Virus record (IMG/VR): IMGVR_UViG_3300029580_000011
From: a virus
DNA: 41,412 nt
Strand: one strand, 5' to 3'
Below are positions 1 through 7,453 of the stretch, piece after piece (position 1 is the first letter of the stretch; every line of letters starts with the position of its first letter). A model generated the notes under the pieces. That model did no database searches, was not told where the DNA came from, and saw only the letters and a program-made list of their open reading frames with translations. The position numbers were made by a program, and so were the translations under genes.

Positions 1-194
1 CCAGCACGGCTGGTTCCAGCGGCTATTCCAGCACGGCGGGTTCCAGCGGCGATTACAGCACGGCGGGTTCCAGCGGCTATTACAGCACGGCTGGTTCCAG
101 CGGCAATTACAGCACGGCGGGTTCCAGCGGCTATTCCAGCACGGCGGGTTCCAGCGGCGATTGCAGCACGGCAGCAGCCACTGGGGCTTATTGC
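1..194 (+). repeat. 27-nt tandem repeat (coding, nonapeptide STAGSSGxx), six full units then a degenerate unit
   Basis: Units agcacggc[gt]ggttccagcggc[tga]att[act]c start at 3, 30, 57, 84, 111 and 138. The same repeat occurs at 41326-41412. Confidence 0.9.
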
Positions 195-407
195 AGTGCA
201 AAAGCACACGGCAAAGATAGCATTGCCGTTGTAAACGGTGTTTGCGGCAAGGCGTGCGGCGCACTGGGCTGCTATCTGGTGCTGACCGAGTACGATGATG
301 ACGGCCACATGATCTGTGCCAAAATGGCGAAGGTTGACGGAGCCGTTATCAAGGAGAACACCTGGTACACGCTCAAAAATGGTGAGTTCGCAGAGGCAGA
401 GCCGTGA
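3..407 (+). CDS. C-terminal part of the nonapeptide-repeat protein (continuation of 40987-41412 across the circular join)
   Basis: Frame 3 is open from the window edge to TGA 405-407. It translates as (STAGSSG[YDN][SYC])x6, then a Cys-rich tail ending ...NGEFAEAEP. Confidence 0.65.
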   Translation, partial: STAGSSGYSSTAGSSGDYSTAGSSGYYSTAGSSGNYSTAGSSGYSSTAGSSGDCSTAAATGAYCSAKAHGKDSIAVVNGVCGKACGALGCYLVLTEYDDDGHMICAKMAKVDGAVIKENTWYTLKNGEFAEAEP

Positions 408-447
408 AAAAGCACTGCAAAACCAAATTGGAAGAAAGGAGCGCGCC

Positions 448-687
448 ATGCAAAAGCCGAGCCTTACGATAGGCGAATGCGTCCAGATCCTTCGGGACAA
501 CAACATCTCAAAGACCGAAAAGGTCTTGGGAGCACAGATTCAGGCGGGGCTGTTTACCAGCTGGGCGATTCCGTCCGTAGGAACAAAAGAGCCCTGCCCG
601 GACATCTCCCGCGCCGGTTTTATGGCGTGGGTGAAGGACTTTTACAAGCTCGAAAAGGTTTATACAAAGGAGGAACCGAGAGAATGA
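448..687 (+). CDS. hypothetical early protein (79 aa)
   Basis: ATG preceded by AAAGGAG with a 7-nt spacer. The stop overlaps the next start (ATGA). Confidence 0.6.
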   Translation: MQKPSLTIGECVQILRDNNISKTEKVLGAQIQAGLFTSWAIPSVGTKEPCPDISRAGFMAWVKDFYKLEKVYTKEEPRE

Positions 688-1004
688 GAAAGAAACCGAT
701 GAATTTTCGGCTCATCTTAGCGTTGGACGGACTGGCTTTGCTGGCCATTATCGGCGCGGTGCAGGTGGTGCGCTGGGCCTGCTCCTGGCTGGCCGTTGCG
801 CTGACCTACTGGGGAGGCTGGGACATCGCCGAGGCTGCGCATGCCGCACCTTGGATTATTGTTGCATCCACTGCCGGGCTGGCAATGTCGCTTTATGGGA
901 TATATGAGGACAACAAACGGTATAAGCGCAGCGGCTACGGCAAAATCGTCCGCAACCATGCCCGGAACCCGGAGTATCCGCAGGATGAGGAGAAGGGCGC
1001 ATGA
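684..1004 (+). CDS. small membrane protein (106 aa, two hydrophobic helices)
   Basis: ATGA coupling to the upstream ORF. Hydrophobic segments LILALDGLALLAIIGAV and WIIVASTAGLAMSLYGI. Confidence 0.6.
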   Translation: MRKKPMNFRLILALDGLALLAIIGAVQVVRWACSWLAVALTYWGGWDIAEAAHAAPWIIVASTAGLAMSLYGIYEDNKRYKRSGYGKIVRNHARNPEYPQDEEKGA

Positions 1005-1195
1005 AGTTGGAATGGTTGATTCGGCAGCAGGCCGAAGAGTACCTGAAAACAGCCACACGGCTTGCAACGGAGTCCGTGCTCACGGGGGACATCTGGCTGC
1101 GGGTCATCTGCCGGGAAAAATCAGGGGTCTATAGCGCGGCAGCAGATGGGCTGCTCACAGCCCTCCACGATGCGGAGGATGTCGCACATGGCTGA
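1001..1195 (+). CDS. hypothetical protein (64 aa)
   Basis: ATG overlaps the upstream stop. Part of a tightly packed same-strand early operon. Confidence 0.5.
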   Translation: MKLEWLIRQQAEEYLKTATRLATESVLTGDIWLRVICREKSGVYSAAADGLLTALHDAEDVAHG

Positions 1196-1466
1196 TTACA
1201 TCAACTATATCACATGGTACACCGTGTACAGCGCCAAGACCGGTGAGGTAGTGGCAGCGGGAACGTCCGCCATGTGCGCTGCGAAGCTTGGATACAAGAC
1301 CGTCAACAGCTTTGCGTCTGTCGTTGGACACCGGCGCCATGAAAAAAAGCGCCCGTACAAGTACATTTTTGAGCAGGAGCGCATTGATCGTGCGGAGGTT
1401 GACTGTCTCCCTCCGCTTCGACGTTACTGCAAAAAAGTGAAAAGGAAACAGAAATATGAACGGTAG
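1188..1466 (+). CDS. hypothetical protein (92 aa)
   Basis: Internal ATG of track ORF 1062-1466, overlapping the previous stop. Basic C-terminus. Confidence 0.5.
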   Translation: MADYINYITWYTVYSAKTGEVVAAGTSAMCAAKLGYKTVNSFASVVGHRRHEKKRPYKYIFEQERIDRAEVDCLPPLRRYCKKVKRKQKYER

Positions 1467-1716
1467 ATATATGCGAGCCGCAGAGATTCGCTGGCATGAT
1501 CGTCAGCCGGAGCGGCTGCGGCACATCCACCAGAAGAAGGAGAAGAAAAAGGTGAGCACGGTACAGATTTTTGACGCGGATTTGCGTTTTGTCAACGAAA
1601 TCCCCATGCCGAACACGCTGGCGGGCATCCAGTACGCCGACCAGCTGGCGGCAGAAAAGCCGGGCCGTCTGTACGTCGTTATGGACGAGCACCGGCAGAA
1701 GGTTTACCAGAGGTGA
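1456..1716 (+). CDS. hypothetical protein (86 aa)
   Basis: Track ORF that overlaps its neighbours in operon fashion. Confidence 0.55.
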   Translation: MNGRYMRAAEIRWHDRQPERLRHIHQKKEKKKVSTVQIFDADLRFVNEIPMPNTLAGIQYADQLAAEKPGRLYVVMDEHRQKVYQR

Positions 1717-1721
1717 CATAC

Positions 1722-2168
1722 ATGACCCTAGAACAAAAGGAACGCCGCAAAGCGGTTCTGCGGTATGCAGTCAGCGTCCCCGAATGGAATCTTGCGCTCA
1801 AGCATCGGGCAGCAGCAGAGCTTACGAAATGCGCAAGCCTCTTGATGAGCGTAAGCCAGATGATGCTTGCGACTGACGCGGAAGACCGTTTTTATCCTGG
1901 CAGATTAGATTATGGAATGTCTCCGACGGGATATGCAAAAGCCATTTCGGATGCAGAGTACAGCCTCGGCACAGCCGCTTCAGCGCTGGAAACCGTAGTT
2001 GCTTTGGCAGATGAGTCAAACGCCTTTCCGCTTATCAGCTCCACCCAGACCGGCGGGTTAGATGACGCGATGGGCAACATTGAGGCGGCATACAATTCTG
2101 GTCTTGGGCAGCTCGCAGATCTGTGCCGGGTACACGGGATGGATGAGGTGACATACAATCATGGATAA
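1722..2168 (+). CDS. hypothetical protein (148 aa)
   Basis: ATG 1722 sits 6 nt after AGAGGTG. The track ORF itself starts at GTG 1713. Confidence 0.6.
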   Translation: MTLEQKERRKAVLRYAVSVPEWNLALKHRAAAELTKCASLLMSVSQMMLATDAEDRFYPGRLDYGMSPTGYAKAISDAEYSLGTAASALETVVALADESNAFPLISSTQTGGLDDAMGNIEAAYNSGLGQLADLCRVHGMDEVTYNHG

Positions 2169-2787
2169 AATGACCATTTACGAGCAGTGCCGGGAAGTCC
2201 CCAAAGACGCCCAGAAGCCTATCGCAGCGGGCCGCCTGAAGGGCAAGACCGACATTAACCCCATGTGGCGCATCAAGAAGCTGACTGAGCTTTTTGGCCC
2301 GGCTGGTATGGGCTGGAAGTTCGACCCGCCGGTGTTCGAGGAAAAGACCGGAGCAAAGGGCGAAGTTGTCGTGCAGTGCTTTACGAATCTGTACGTCAGG
2401 CAGGACGATGGGGAAGCGTGGAGCGCCCCCATCCCCGGAGTGGGCGGCTCTATGCTGATCGCGATGGAATCCGGCGGGCTCCGAACGGATGATGACGCTT
2501 ACAAAAAGGCGTATACGGATGCCCAGAGCGTGGCCTGCAAGGCGCTTGGAATCGGCGCGAACGTGTACTGGAAGGATGACTCCACCAAGTACACCCCGCT
2601 TCCGGACATTCCCGCCCCGGTGTGCGCCTGCTGCGGAAAGAAAATCATCGGCATCAAAACCAAGGACGGGAAAAAGATGACTGCTGAGCAGGCGGCGGAA
2701 CGAAGCAAGGCAAAATATGGGCGTATACTCTGCGTAGAATGCGCAAAGAAACAGCCGAAAGAAGATGGAGGAATGTCTCATGCTTAA
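2161..2787 (+). CDS. Rad52/Sak-like single-strand annealing protein with C-terminal CxxC...CxxC zinc ribbon
   Basis: Motifs INPMWRIKKLTELFGPAGMGW and DDDAYKKAYTDAQSVACKALGIGANVY match the Rad52-type SSAP signature. It lies directly upstream of SSB. Confidence 0.7.
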   Translation: MDKMTIYEQCREVPKDAQKPIAAGRLKGKTDINPMWRIKKLTELFGPAGMGWKFDPPVFEEKTGAKGEVVVQCFTNLYVRQDDGEAWSAPIPGVGGSMLIAMESGGLRTDDDAYKKAYTDAQSVACKALGIGANVYWKDDSTKYTPLPDIPAPVCACCGKKIIGIKTKDGKKMTAEQAAERSKAKYGRILCVECAKKQPKEDGGMSHA

Positions 2788-3268
2788 CATCGTAGCATTG
2801 ATGGGCCGTCTGGTCTACGACCCGGAACTCAAGACCACCCAGTCCGGCACCAACGTGTGCAGCTTCCGCATCGCAGTTGACCGCAGCTTTACCCGGCAGG
2901 GCGAAGAGCGCAAGGCCGATTTTATCGACGTCACCGCGTGGCGGCAGACCGCCGAGTTCGTCTCCAAGTATTTCCAGAAGGGCAGCATGATCGCCATCGA
3001 AGGCAGCCTGCAGACCCGTCAGTATCAGGACAAGAACGGCAACAACCGCACGGCTACCGAGGTTCTTGCGTCGCAGGTGAGCTTTTGCGGCGGAAAGGCC
3101 GCAGAGAAGCCCGCTGTGCGCGATTTTGACCAGCAGACGCAAAATCATGTGCGCGAAGCAAACGCCGCTCACAGCGCCCCGCAGAAGCCTCAGAGCGTAC
3201 CGGAGTATTCGCAGGGCAGCGCAGACGACTTTTCTGTCATCGACGATTCGGAGGACTTGCCGTTCTAA
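2780..3268 (+). CDS. ssb: single-stranded DNA-binding protein
   Basis: OB-fold N-terminus MLNIVALMGRLVYDPELKTTQSGTNVCSFRIAVDR and an acidic tail DDSEDLPF. GGAGGA RBS. Confidence 0.9.
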   Translation: MLNIVALMGRLVYDPELKTTQSGTNVCSFRIAVDRSFTRQGEERKADFIDVTAWRQTAEFVSKYFQKGSMIAIEGSLQTRQYQDKNGNNRTATEVLASQVSFCGGKAAEKPAVRDFDQQTQNHVREANAAHSAPQKPQSVPEYSQGSADDFSVIDDSEDLPF

Positions 3269-3318
3269 CCCGAGAGCTGCGCTATCTGGCCATACGGGCG
3301 CGCAAAGGAGGTGATTGA

Positions 3319-4053
3319 GTGGCACAGGACGATAAAAAGTCATTTGTGGCGTATCTGAGCTGGTTCGACGCGCTGGAAGAATACTCCGACGCAGAGGTTG
3401 GACAGTTGATGCGAGCTCTTGCACGGTATGCCAAAAACGGAGAAGAGCCCGAATTTTCAGACCGTGGGATGCGTGGCAACTGGAAATTTATGTGCAGCGA
3501 CGTAAAACGGGCGTCTGAAAAATGGGATGAAACCCGCAAGAAACGCAGCAACGCCGGAAAACGCGGTATGGCAAAACGCTGGGGAAAGCCTGACGACATA
3601 ACAAAAATAACAAACGATAACAATGTTAATGACGACATAACAAAAATAACTGTAGATGTAGATGTAAATGGAGATGTAGATGTAGATGGGGATGTAGATG
3701 TTGTAAAGCGCGATAACACCGCCGCCGTTGATATGGAGTTATCAAAAATCGTCCAGCATTACCAGCGGGCTATCGGAGACTTCCCGCGTTCGGCGCTGGA
3801 AAAACTGCAAAAATGGCGGCAGGAGTACAGCACGGAGATGATTTTGCTGGCGATCGACAAGGCCGCAGAGGCCGGGAAGCGCTCGTGGAACTACATCAAC
3901 GGCATCCTGTCTGGCTGGCAGCGGGACGGGATACGCACCCCGGGGGACGTGGCAGCGAATGAGCAGCGCCGACAAGAGCAGCCTCGCGGGAAGCAAGCCA
4001 CAGAAAGCACCGCAGAAGCATACGCAAATATTTTCAAGGGGGTGAAACCGTGA
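3319..4053 (+). CDS. replisome organiser / DnaD-domain replication initiation protein
   Basis: GTG start after AAAGGAGG. The C-terminal region AIGDFPRSALEKLQKWRQEYSTEMILLAIDKAAEAGKRSWNYINGILSGW is DnaD-like. An AT-rich repeat block lies in the linker. Confidence 0.8.
   Translation: MAQDDKKSFVAYLSWFDALEEYSDAEVGQLMRALARYAKNGEEPEFSDRGMRGNWKFMCSDVKRASEKWDETRKKRSNAGKRGMAKRWGKPDDITKITNDNNVNDDITKITVDVDVNGDVDVDGDVDVVKRDNTAAVDMELSKIVQHYQRAIGDFPRSALEKLQKWRQEYSTEMILLAIDKAAEAGKRSWNYINGILSGWQRDGIRTPGDVAANEQRRQEQPRGKQATESTAEAYANIFKGVKP
3592..3705. repeat. candidate replication origin iterons inside the DnaD-like gene
   Basis: A 20-bp perfect direct repeat gacgacataacaaaaataac at 3592 and 3631. GATGTAGATGTA modules at 3655, 3673 and 3691 with 18-bp phasing. 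Locally AT-rich. Confidence 0.55.
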
Positions 4054-4388
4054 CAGTGGAGATGATGACAAAGCTCCTTGCGGACGCTGAGGCCTATTTT
4101 GGACGGTCTCAGACCGCAGAGAGCCGCGCAAGCATCGCGGAGATCTGGGCGAACTCAACGCTCAAGGACGTGCCGGATGAGATGGCCTACAAGACATTCC
4201 ACGAGGTGATTTCGGAGTGCAGCTGGCAGAGCCAACTTCTCCCGGCGTGGAAAAAGGCCATCGAAAAGGCCCAGGGCGAGCAGATGCTGGCAAAGCACTG
4301 CCTTACTGCCCGCACCCGGATGCTCAAGTCCAGGGCGGAAAGAAGGCTTCTTGGACAGGAAAACCAGAACGGAGGACAAAATGCCTAG
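4050..4388 (+). CDS. hypothetical replication-module protein (112 aa)
   Basis: GTG start 7 nt after AAGGGGG, overlapping the upstream stop. Confidence 0.6.
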   Translation: MTVEMMTKLLADAEAYFGRSQTAESRASIAEIWANSTLKDVPDEMAYKTFHEVISECSWQSQLLPAWKKAIEKAQGEQMLAKHCLTARTRMLKSRAERRLLGQENQNGGQNA

Positions 4389-4563
4389 ATACAAAGTCAT
4401 CGTAGAGTGCAGCAACCCGCACGGGAACGCTGCGCTTACATACCGCATCAACGCCGCGAGTCAGTTTACGGCGGAGTTTCGGGCCTGCCAGTTGGCGGGC
4501 GACCACTACCCCGAGTATCGTGACATCAAACCGGTGAGGACGGAGGTGCTGAAAAATGGCTAA
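4381..4563 (+). CDS. hypothetical protein (60 aa)
   Basis: ATG after GGAGGACAAA. Internal start of track ORF 4351-4563. Confidence 0.5.
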   Translation: MPRYKVIVECSNPHGNAALTYRINAASQFTAEFRACQLAGDHYPEYRDIKPVRTEVLKNG

Positions 4564-4705
4564 AATCATGGACCATCTTTCGCAGGGCAAAATTCTCGCC
4601 CAGATGGCAGAAGAGCTGGCGGAGGCCGACATCACCACTGCCCCGCGTGAAGCCGCAAGGCTGCGGGCGAGTGAACCAACAAGAAAGGAGCTGCAAAATG
4701 GGTGA
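4556..4705 (+). CDS. possible small ORF (49 aa)
   Basis: The ATG overlaps the upstream stop. It is below the track size cut-off and has no recognisable motif. Confidence 0.3.
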   Translation: MAKIMDHLSQGKILAQMAEELAEADITTAPREAARLRASEPTRKELQNG

Positions 4706-4743
4706 ATTGATTGTGACTTTGTCAGAACAATGGGGGTGATTGT

Positions 4744-4968
4744 ATGGCACAGAAACAGTTTATCAAGCAGCTGATGAGCCGCGGCGTTTCGCATTCGGAT
4801 GCCTGCGGGTTGGTGGCCTACATGAAAGAGCTTCGCCAGCTGATCGAAAAGCATGAGGACGTTGTGATGCTGGCGGATGCAAACACAATGCGGTTCGTCC
4901 CGGCAAAGGTTTACTCCTACGAGGAAACCTTCCAACGGATGCAGGAAGGGAGGGACATCTTTTGCTGA
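4744..4968 (+). CDS. hypothetical protein (74 aa)
   Basis: Track ORF in the same-strand operon. Confidence 0.55.
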   Translation: MAQKQFIKQLMSRGVSHSDACGLVAYMKELRQLIEKHEDVVMLADANTMRFVPAKVYSYEETFQRMQEGRDIFC

Positions 4969-5351
4969 AAACCATGAAGATTGTACTTTACGGCGACCCC
5001 CGCACAAAGAAAAACTCCGCCCGCATCTTTAAAAGCCGCTCAGGCGGGCGCTTTGTGGCCCCTAGCAAGGCCTACGTGGATTATGAGACGGACTGCCTGC
5101 GGCAAATCAAAAGGCCGCACAGCCCCATTTCTGCCCGCGTGAACGTGAGGTGCGTGTACTACATGAAGACCGCCCGCCGGGTCGATCTGGCGAACCTCAT
5201 CGAGGCGACCACGGACATTCTGGTAAAAGCCCGGGTGCTGGAGGACGACAACAGCAAAATCGTTGCCGCCCACGATGGCAGCCGGGTGGAGCTTGATCGG
5301 AAGACCCCAAGGGTTGAAATTGAGATTGAAGAAATGGAATGTGCAACATGA
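4962..5351 (+). CDS. rusA: RusA-family Holliday junction resolvase
   Basis: Segments KIVLYGDPRTKKNS...DLANLIEATTDILVKARVLEDDNSKIV fit the RusA pattern. TTG start 6 nt after GGGAGGGA; ATG 4974 is an alternative start. Confidence 0.8.
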   Translation: MLKTMKIVLYGDPRTKKNSARIFKSRSGGRFVAPSKAYVDYETDCLRQIKRPHSPISARVNVRCVYYMKTARRVDLANLIEATTDILVKARVLEDDNSKIVAAHDGSRVELDRKTPRVEIEIEEMECAT

Positions 5352-6265
5352 AGATCGGATTGGTTGACGTAGACGGGCATAACTTTCCAAACCTTGCATT
5401 GATGCGGATTTCGAGCTATCACAAGGCAAAGGGAGATGATGTTGAATGGTGGTGGAGTGATTTTATCCACTATGACATCGTGTACATGAGCAAGATTTTT
5501 TCAGACGTGTACAGCCCTGACGTGCCGGAACCCTTGAACGCTGACAAGGTGATTAAAGGCGGCACAGGATACGCAATCCGCACAGTGGACGGCAAAGAAA
5601 TATTCGATAAATCAAAAGACGTTGATTTGCCGCCTGAAATCGAAAAGTCTTTTCCCGATTACAGCATTTACCCACAGTTCCAGTTTGCAGTCAGCATGAC
5701 AAGCCGGGGATGCCCAAGAGGATGTTCCTTCTGCCATGTTGCAGCAAAAGAGGGAAGATGTGCCGTAAAAGTGGCGGATGTAAGCGACTTTTGGTGCGGT
5801 CAGGACGAAATCAAGGTTTTAGACCCAAACATCACAGCTTGCAAAGATAAGCGTGACCTTATGCAGCAGTACATTGATACCCACGCCAAAATCGACTTCA
5901 CGCAAGGTCTGGACATTCGCTTGTTGAATCAAGCAGACATTGAGGACATCAACAAGATGCGTATTGGTACGCTACATTTTGCATGGGATAACCCAAATGA
6001 CGACTTGGAAGGAAAGTTTGAAGACTTTGCAAAAGGATTTCGGCGCAAGTCAAACATTGGCATGGTTTACTGTCTAACGAACTTCAACAGCACATTAGAA
6101 CAAGACCTGTATCGCATCTACACACTTCGCGATCTGGGCTATGACCCATATGTGATGATTTATAACAAGCCATCTGCACCGAAAGAGATTCGGCGCTTGC
6201 AAAGATGGTGCAACAACAAGATTATCTTCAAGTCTGTAAAACGGTTTGAGGACTACATGACGTAA
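5348..6265 (+). CDS. radical SAM enzyme with N-terminal B12-binding-like fold, unknown substrate
   Basis: CxxxCxxC motif (SRGCPRGCSFCHV). N-terminus KIGLVDVDGHNFPNLALMRISSYHKAKGDDV. ATGA coupling to rusA. Visibly lower GC than its neighbours. Confidence 0.8.
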   Translation: MKIGLVDVDGHNFPNLALMRISSYHKAKGDDVEWWWSDFIHYDIVYMSKIFSDVYSPDVPEPLNADKVIKGGTGYAIRTVDGKEIFDKSKDVDLPPEIEKSFPDYSIYPQFQFAVSMTSRGCPRGCSFCHVAAKEGRCAVKVADVSDFWCGQDEIKVLDPNITACKDKRDLMQQYIDTHAKIDFTQGLDIRLLNQADIEDINKMRIGTLHFAWDNPNDDLEGKFEDFAKGFRRKSNIGMVYCLTNFNSTLEQDLYRIYTLRDLGYDPYVMIYNKPSAPKEIRRLQRWCNNKIIFKSVKRFEDYMT

Positions 6266-6278
6266 GGGAGGATGATAC

Positions 6279-6800
6279 ATGGTGAACACGAGGACGACTG
6301 ACGCTGACACGCCAAAGCCGGACAGCGGCGTGGACTACCGAACTGTCAAGGCGTGGTTCCAGCAGTGCCGCGACCTTGCGGCAGCTATCGAAGTCCAGAA
6401 GCAAAAAATACAACGTATCCGGGACGTGGCAGAAAAATGCACCCAGAGCCTGAGCGGGATGCCTGCGGGTGGTGGCAATGGGGACAAGGTAGGCTTTGCT
6501 GTAGAGCAGCTGGACACCGAGCGCCGACAGCTTCAGAGGATGGAGACGGACCTGTGCAATCTGCGTGTCGAGGCCACCCGGAGGGCATACTGCCTGATAG
6601 CCGAGCCGGAATGCGCCGAAGCGATTTGCGAGCACTATGTCATAGGCAAGTCTCACAAGGAAATTGCAAAAGAAGTCGGCGTGTGCGGGGCAGATGTGGT
6701 CTACCGGAGAATCAAACGCGGATGCATGGCCCTGGCTGAGATATGGGACGAGTTTTCTGACGTGCAAAGTGTACAACATGCACAAGAAAACACAGCGTGA
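6279..6800 (+). CDS. putative late-gene transcriptional activator (sigma-70 region-4-like HTH, ArpU/RinA position)
   Basis: C-terminal segment HYVIGKSHKEIAKEVGVCGADVVYRRIKRGCMAL resembles a region-4 HTH. It is the last gene before the packaging module. Confidence 0.55.
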   Translation: MVNTRTTDADTPKPDSGVDYRTVKAWFQQCRDLAAAIEVQKQKIQRIRDVAEKCTQSLSGMPAGGGNGDKVGFAVEQLDTERRQLQRMETDLCNLRVEATRRAYCLIAEPECAEAICEHYVIGKSHKEIAKEVGVCGADVVYRRIKRGCMALAEIWDEFSDVQSVQHAQENTA

Positions 6801-6972
6801 TTTTGGCAGGGGTCAGCTCTTTTCAAGTCTGTAAGCTTAGATGTAAAATTCTAATAAGCGGTTCAGCGCTAAGCGGTAGCCGCTTGCCACGCAGCCTCCA
6901 GAACGGTCCCTTCCTTGTGACAGGTTTTCATGCTTTCCTGTTCTCCTTCACCGTTTTGCGGGCTGCTTCTAT

Positions 6973-7043
6973 GCGATACACTGACACAAAGGCAGCCTGT
7001 CGCTCACGAGAGACAGGAGGCGGTTCGATTCCGCCGTATCGCA
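6973..7043 (+). ncRNA. tRNA-like element with aberrant anticodon arm
   Basis: Perfect 7-bp acceptor gcgatac/gtatcgc, T arm ggcgg-TTCGATT-ccgcc, and GG in the D loop. The anticodon arm is a 6-bp helix (6996-7001/7012-7017) closing a 10-nt loop gctcacgaga, with a 1-nt variable region. Confidence 0.35.
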
Positions 7044-7162
7044 CCGTATGGCGCATGGACTCATCCCCCACAAAGCTGCACGCTTAACCTCCCGTGCCAC
7101 GAGAGAAAGCTTTGAATCCCCGAGGGTGTGGGTAGACTTCCCGACGGGATGTGCGTCAAACA

Positions 7163-7196
7163 ACAGCCCTGGCGGAGAACCGGGGCTGTTTTATAT
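7163..7196 (+). terminator. terminator-like hairpin
   Basis: acagccctgg / ccggggctgt stem (about 11 bp including one G-U), followed by ttttatat. Confidence 0.5.
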
Positions 7197-7197
7197 G

Positions 7198-7267
7198 GCC
7201 GCCTGAGCGCAGTACGGAGCGCGCGTCAGCTGAGATATTGCTGGCTGGTTCGAGTCCAAGGGCGGTG
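7198..7267 (+). ncRNA. tRNA-like element, degenerate
   Basis: Acceptor gccgcct/gggcggt (two G-U pairs), D arm gcgc-agtacgga-gcgc, T loop TTCGAGT with only 3 Watson-Crick stem pairs. The anticodon-like helix 7225-7230/7240-7245 closes a 9-nt loop tgagatatt. Confidence 0.3.
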
Positions 7268-7273
7268 TTTTAT

Positions 7274-7348
7274 ACTCCGGTAGCTCAAGTGGTAGAGAGC
7301 AGCGGTCTCCAAAACCGCATGTTGCAGGTTCGAGTCCTGCCGGGAGTG
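7274..7348 (+). tRNA. tRNA-Trp (anticodon CCA)
   Basis: Manual cloverleaf: actccgg-ta-gctc-aagtggtaga-gagc-a-gcggt-CTCCAAA-accgc-atgtt-gcagg-TTCGAGT-cctgc-cgggagt-g. One G-G mismatch in the acceptor; no encoded CCA. Confidence 0.8.
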
Positions 7349-7414
7349 CTTGCATGATCTGACGAGAGCGGGGAGTGCAATAGCGGGGCATCCAGCCGCG
7401 AAAGTTCTGGACGC

Positions 7415-7445
7415 AGAGGCTTTGCACCCGACAAGCAAAGCCTCT
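7415..7445 (+). terminator. terminator-like hairpin
   Basis: Perfect 11-bp stem agaggctttgc/gcaaagcctct with a 9-nt loop, followed by a weak T tract (ttatta). Confidence 0.45.
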
Positions 7446-7453
7446 TATTATAT

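Noticed and set aside
7359-7404. Hammerhead-ribozyme-like core words CTGACGAG ... CGAAAG, just downstream of tRNA-Trp.
   Set aside because: The sequence between the two boxes does not form the required stem II: after the first G-C pair the next positions mismatch. No convincing stem I/III or cleavage triplet was found.
6797-7438. Several 60-96 aa track ORFs on both strands (6797-7087, 6930-7115, 7151-7357, 7191-7427, 7226-7438).
   Set aside because: They have no RBS and cross tRNA/tRNA-like structures and hairpins. The region is better explained as an RNA gene cluster.
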